Shown here: piece after piece, positions 59,735 through 64,000 of the stretch
Position numbering within the stretch: position 1 is the first letter of the stretch
Layout of the letters: each line of letters begins with the position of its first letter
Source: Promethearchaeota archaeon
GTDB lineage: Archaea > Asgardarchaeota > Lokiarchaeia > Sigyniarchaeales > SOKP01
Direction of reading: 5' to 3'
Assembly (NCBI GenBank): GCA_048937405.1
Contig: JBHLNF010000006.1
Location: 64,001-128,000 of the forward strand
Length of the DNA: 64,000 bases
The notes under the pieces: model-generated
The model's input: only the letters and a program-made list of their open reading frames with translations
Told to the model about the DNA's origin: nothing
Database searches by the model: none
Position numbers and translations under genes: made by a program

Positions 59735-60730
59735 CTATTTTTTTAGAAGTTCCTTAGCAACCTTAAAAGCATAATTATAATCAAAAATTTTTAGTCCCTT
59801 TGTATTTGAAGCTTCTTTTAATATTTGACTTTCTGAGTTAGTTTTGAGACGACCTAAAGCTAATGCCCCAATTCCGAAAATTCCAGGATATATCTCATCA
59901 TTCTTATGTTTCGGCTTAAGGCCTTCTATACCATATGGTGGCACTAAATTAATATCTACAACAATTTTTTTGTTAGGCAACTTTTCCATCCATTCTTGAG
60001 TTAGAATTTCAACACCTGCAGCTGCTAAAGACCATATAATATCCGCATCCTTTACAATATCAAATCTTTGTTTAATTAAAGGAGCAAAAAGACCAGAAAT
60101 TTCTGTTGCTCCTTCTCCTGCTTCTTGAGTGAGGTCTTTTGCTAATTTTTTTATAAAATCCTCATTAGATTTATCCCATGTTTCCACTAAAAACGTATTG
60201 CATCCGATCTTAGAAGCTAAAATCGCAGCTATTCTACCAACTGGACCCGCTCCAAATATTACTACTTTTTTACCCTTTAAATTCTTAATTCCATGTTTTC
60301 TATTAGCTATATCCAAAGACATTGCAACTACAGCGGAAGCTGTAGTATGAGATCCTCTAGGATCAATTATAATAGGACATTCAAAAGGTGGGACTAAGGA
60401 TTTTATTGCAGCTTTTGCTATCTTCTCACCTTCTTTAACGTCAGAACCTCCAATAAAAAAAGTTGTTGGTGCATTAGGTTTACGAGAAAATATAGCATCT
60501 TGTATTAATTTTGGTATATATTCGGCTTTCATTTTACTGATAGGTATTACAATATCAAATCCTGCATCATATGCCATATTTATATCAAAAGGAGATGCAT
60601 TATTATCAGTATCAAAGAAGTAACAAATTTTATCCATTGTATCTTTCTTTTTAATGATAATCGGAGTTAATTCTATTATTGATTTTCTTCCTAAAATACT
60701 TTCAACCTCTCTTTCAACCATTTCTATCAA
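59735..60730 (-). CDS. mtdB: NAD(P)-dependent methylene-H4MPT dehydrogenase (MtdB-like)
   Basis: SPFDINMAYDAGFD, QDAIFSR, DPRGSHTTA, GAGPVG, DINLVPPYGIEG, GIGALALG motifs. Confidence 0.88.
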   Translation of the reverse strand: MIEMVEREVESILGRKSIIELTPIIIKKKDTMDKICYFFDTDNNASPFDINMAYDAGFDIVIPISKMKAEYIPKLIQDAIFSRKPNAPTTFFIGGSDVKEGEKIAKAAIKSLVPPFECPIIIDPRGSHTTASAVVAMSLDIANRKHGIKNLKGKKVVIFGAGPVGRIAAILASKIGCNTFLVETWDKSNEDFIKKLAKDLTQEAGEGATEISGLFAPLIKQRFDIVKDADIIWSLAAAGVEILTQEWMEKLPNKKIVVDINLVPPYGIEGLKPKHKNDEIYPGIFGIGALALGRLKTNSESQILKEASNTKGLKIFDYNYAFKVAKELLKK

Positions 60731-60765
60731 CCCTTTTTTTTATATATAAAAATAAAATTTAAAAT

Positions 60766-61494
60766 TTAAGAAATTTCAACTCCTAAATCTTTTTCAAATA
60801 TTTCCTTTACATCTTCAGTTTTAATTGTCCTTTTTATTCTTACTTGTTCGACTTCAATACCTAATTCTTCTGAAAGTTTTTCAAGACCATTGAAGTGATT
60901 AATATCGCAAATAAACATCGCTTTGAAATTAGTTGCTTCTATTTTTTTGGCAAGATTTAAAATTTTCATCATCATCCATGCTTCTCGAACTTTATATCTT
61001 ATTTCATTTTCTTGAAATTTATAATCTTGTTGTAAATAGTCCTTCCATAATACAATTCGATTAAAAGTATCATCATTATTAGGAATACTTCCATCATTTT
61101 TTATGATTTCCTCAATTTTTATACCTAGATGCTGAATCATGGTTCTATGCTCTTCTAAAGCGGATGAAAGATATAATTCAGCATTTTCTGAAATATCAGC
61201 ATAATCGAAAGGTATATTTCGCATTTGAAATAACTTTTTTAAAGGATCCTCTGAATTATTTGTAGTATTCCAAAAATTTGGTCTTTCTTCCAAAGCAATT
61301 TTGGGATTATATTTTTCAATTAATGAATCAACTAATTGAATATATTCCTTAGAAATTAATCGAAGATTCCAAAAAAGATCTTCCTTTAAAGTCTTAGGAA
61401 CATCAAACCACCAATCGATAGGAAATTCACTTTCTATCAATATCAATTTTAACTTTTTATTTTTTAAAGGTTTTAATTCTAATACTTCTGGCAT
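60766..61494 (-). CDS. Hypothetical protein, possibly TraB/ChaN-like fold
   Basis: ALEE, REAWMM..I, FICDINHFNGL; paralogous to the neighbouring gene. Confidence 0.6.
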   Translation of the reverse strand: MPEVLELKPLKNKKLKLILIESEFPIDWWFDVPKTLKEDLFWNLRLISKEYIQLVDSLIEKYNPKIALEERPNFWNTTNNSEDPLKKLFQMRNIPFDYADISENAELYLSSALEEHRTMIQHLGIKIEEIIKNDGSIPNNDDTFNRIVLWKDYLQQDYKFQENEIRYKVREAWMMMKILNLAKKIEATNFKAMFICDINHFNGLEKLSEELGIEVEQVRIKRTIKTEDVKEIFEKDLGVEIS

Positions 61495-61519
61495 TTTTTA
61501 TATCCCCTCTTTTTTTTTA

Positions 61520-62137
61520 TTAAAATATAATATTTTGTATAGTATGTTTTTTATTATAGGAGATTACTTTTACTCCTAATTCTCTTAAATTTTCAACTAT
61601 TTGTGGACAAATGTCTTCACATATATCCTCTTGGACAAAATGAACAAAAAATATTACATCTTTTTTGAAAGATAATGCTAAATCTAACATTTTTTTAACA
61701 ATCCATTGAGGTCTTAGCTTTAAGCTAAGATATATTTCTCTTTCTTGAATTTCTTCGCCTAACATATCAATCCAATTTTTTAAACTTAAACCTTTATAAG
61801 AATCTTTATCTTCCATATTTTCATATTCTTCAAACAATTCATTTTGAAACTCCTGTTTCTCGAGAATTTCTTGGTATAAATATCCCATCGCATAATCTGG
61901 AATATCTACTTGAAAATATGGAATATTTAATTCATTTAATATTTCAGCAAATTGAGTTTTGCTAAATTCTTTCATATTTACTTGAAAGTCTACCGTAACG
62001 AAATCTATATGATTCTTTTTTAAAAATTCAGCTAATTTAGAATGATCGTCATTTTGAAAATATTTAGCATTTTCTTTAGAAGACATATACACAACAATCT
62101 TCTTATCCTTTACTGGTTTTAACTCTAATACTTCCAT
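61520..62137 (-). CDS. Hypothetical protein, paralog of 60766-61494
   Basis: Shared EVLELKP.K.KK, NIP....DI...A..YL and K.R..W...K.L.LA motifs. Confidence 0.65.
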   Translation of the reverse strand: MEVLELKPVKDKKIVVYMSSKENAKYFQNDDHSKLAEFLKKNHIDFVTVDFQVNMKEFSKTQFAEILNELNIPYFQVDIPDYAMGYLYQEILEKQEFQNELFEEYENMEDKDSYKGLSLKNWIDMLGEEIQEREIYLSLKLRPQWIVKKMLDLALSFKKDVIFFVHFVQEDICEDICPQIVENLRELGVKVISYNKKHTIQNIIF

Positions 62138-62951
62138 TTTAAATATTCACCTTCAAATTTAATTTCTATTAAATTAAATTTAATACATTGATTAAATATT
62201 CTATTAATTTTTCCTAGCAACCTAAAAAAAAGGTTTGCTTTATTCCAATTAAGATATAAATAAAAAGAAATTTAAGTAGTTTGATAAGGTTTATTTTAAT
62301 TAATTTGACAATAATAATTGTCAATATTTTATTTTAGTGATTTTTGTATTCATGAGAAGAAATGAATTTTATACATTCTTACAGATTTTTATACATATTT
62401 TGAAGTATAATTTGAAAATTATTCTAATCATAATATTTTGAAATTCTTTTTTTTTAATGAGTAATAAATTGAAATAAATTTCTAAAAAATATTGATATTA
62501 TTGAATATAATTTAAAAAAATGTTTTTATATTAGTTTAAAAATTTCTAACAATATTGGAGAATCGACAATATATTATTGGATTGGGAAATGATTATTATT
62601 GAAATTATTGATTATATTCATATTAATGTGAATAGAATATATTCATTTGATATTATATTTATATTGAGAATCATCAAATTGATCTTTTTTCTACTTCTAA
62701 ATTTGACTTTGATTAATGAGAGTATCTTCTTCGCTAACTAAAAGTTAATATTTTTATATCTTGATTACCATTCTAATCATGATGATAAATAATTTTTTAA
62801 AAAAAAATCATTTATTACAATTTCGCTCAGGATTGTTAATATTCAACAAAAATGAATCCAAATTAAGAGAGTTAATTTAAAATATAAATAAAATTATGAA
62901 ATTGGAGTTTTTAGATTAAAAAAAAAATAGATTTTTAAAATTTGAAATATC

Positions 62952-63125
62952 ATGACGTTAAAAGCAAATGAGGTAAAAATTTTATTAGCACAGAAAGATA
63001 AGGAAGAAATTTGTCCTATTTGTGGGACTAGAATTGAAGATGATTGCTATATCTATAGACATAAGGCCCCTAGTGGATATCAATGTTTTAAATGTGGTTA
63101 TTATTATTTCGGTACTGGAATATAA
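62952..63125 (+). CDS. 57-aa zinc-ribbon microprotein
   Basis: MTLKANEVKILLAQKDKEEICPICG...YQCFKCGYYYFGTGI*. Confidence 0.7.
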   Translation: MTLKANEVKILLAQKDKEEICPICGTRIEDDCYIYRHKAPSGYQCFKCGYYYFGTGI

Positions 63126-63156
63126 TTTTTTAATAATTCAAATATGAGCAACGAAT

Positions 63157-64000
63157 ATGTTAGATTCACAGGAAATAATTAAAAATATAAGTTCTTTTAC
63201 TAATTATTGTTATAGTTGTAATCGATGTGTTAATGTATGTCCACTTTCTCACTTAGACATCTTTTATCCTAAAGATTTAGTTTCAGATTTAAATTTTTTA
63301 ACAATAGAAGAAGTTATAGAAGAAAATAATATTTGGAATTGTTTAACTTGTGGACAATGTTCAATTTACTGTCCTATGACTCGTGAAAATGAGGGTGTGA
63401 GAATACCAGAATTAATTTTAGAATTAAGAAAAATTTCGAATAAAAACAATTCAGAAATAAAAAAGATTGTTAAATGCGAAACTCATAATGATATTTTCAC
63501 TTTGATTTCTAAAATTATGGCACGTAATCCTTCAAGTCCAAATAAATTAGATTTTCTAAAGAAAAATGAATTAAAAACTACAACATCAGGCGAAATTGCA
63601 TATTTTGTTGGATGCTTATCTATAATGGATGATCTTTTCTATAATTTTGATATCAATTATACAGATATTCCTGTAACAATTATAAATTTACTTAATGAAA
63701 ATGGTATAAATCCAGTAGTTCTAGATGAAAAATGTTGTGGACATGATATTTTATGGGGTAGAGGTGATAATGAAACATTTAGAAAGCTTGCTGAATATAA
63801 TACTCAACTTTATAAAAATGCAGGAGTAAAGACTATTATTGTTGGATGTGCTGAAGGATATAGAACATGGAAATATGATTATCCGAAAATAATTGAAGAC
63901 TTTGACTTTGAAGTTTTACATTTTTCCGAATTCTTTCTTAGAGAAAATATTCTTAAAAATATAAAATATACCCATAATTCTAAGATTAACGTAACATATC
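63157..64000 (+). CDS. HdrD-like Fe-S/CCG-domain oxidoreductase, truncated by the window edge
   Basis: CYSCNRCVNVCP, IWNCLTCGQCSIYCP, YFVGC, EKCCGH, GCAEG motifs. Confidence 0.9.
   Translation, partial: MLDSQEIIKNISSFTNYCYSCNRCVNVCPLSHLDIFYPKDLVSDLNFLTIEEVIEENNIWNCLTCGQCSIYCPMTRENEGVRIPELILELRKISNKNNSEIKKIVKCETHNDIFTLISKIMARNPSSPNKLDFLKKNELKTTTSGEIAYFVGCLSIMDDLFYNFDINYTDIPVTIINLLNENGINPVVLDEKCCGHDILWGRGDNETFRKLAEYNTQLYKNAGVKTIIVGCAEGYRTWKYDYPKIIEDFDFEVLHFSEFFLRENILKNIKYTHNSKINVTY

Noticed and set aside
62140-62950. Long AT-rich gap searched for ncRNA, origin repeats or operator copies
   Set aside because: Only partial TGAAT/ATTCA half-sites; no convincing repeat, tRNA or ORF.
1-64000. rRNA, tRNA, CRISPR arrays, provirus
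   Set aside because: No GC-rich structural RNA segments, regularly spaced repeats or viral hallmark genes were recognised.

Overview
A very AT-rich, gene-dense archaeal window, most likely from an Asgard archaeon of the Lokiarchaeia type. This is an inference from tandem Roadblock proteins, longin-like proteins, a ubiquitin-like protein, an OSTC/OST3-like subunit, CDC48, H4MPT enzymes and GGTGA-type Shine-Dalgarno sites. It carries housekeeping and metabolic genes (metG, an M20 hydrolase, nrdG-like, an fwdB/D/A-like cluster, an mtdB-like dehydrogenase, an hdrD-like gene), several eukaryotic-signature-type proteins, a ~13.5-kb metal/Fe-S island and a decayed IS200/IS605 (TnpB) element. Main observations: (1) an unannotated small membrane ORF at 30854-31099 with an in-frame TGA in a GG-U-G-C context, followed directly by a eukaryote-like SECIS hairpin, which is a candidate new selenoprotein; (2) a vWA protein with two zinc fingers whose architecture matches TFIIH p44/Ssl1; (3) a highly divergent RtcB-family ligase; (4) a repeated TGAATA-N2-TATTCA palindrome marking a probable DUF134 regulon; (5) several genes that seem to start at ATA/ATT/ATC 6 nt after an SD site; (6) an Fwd cluster with substituted catalytic residues. 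No rRNA, tRNA or CRISPR array was seen. All assignments come from motifs read by eye; no database search was run.
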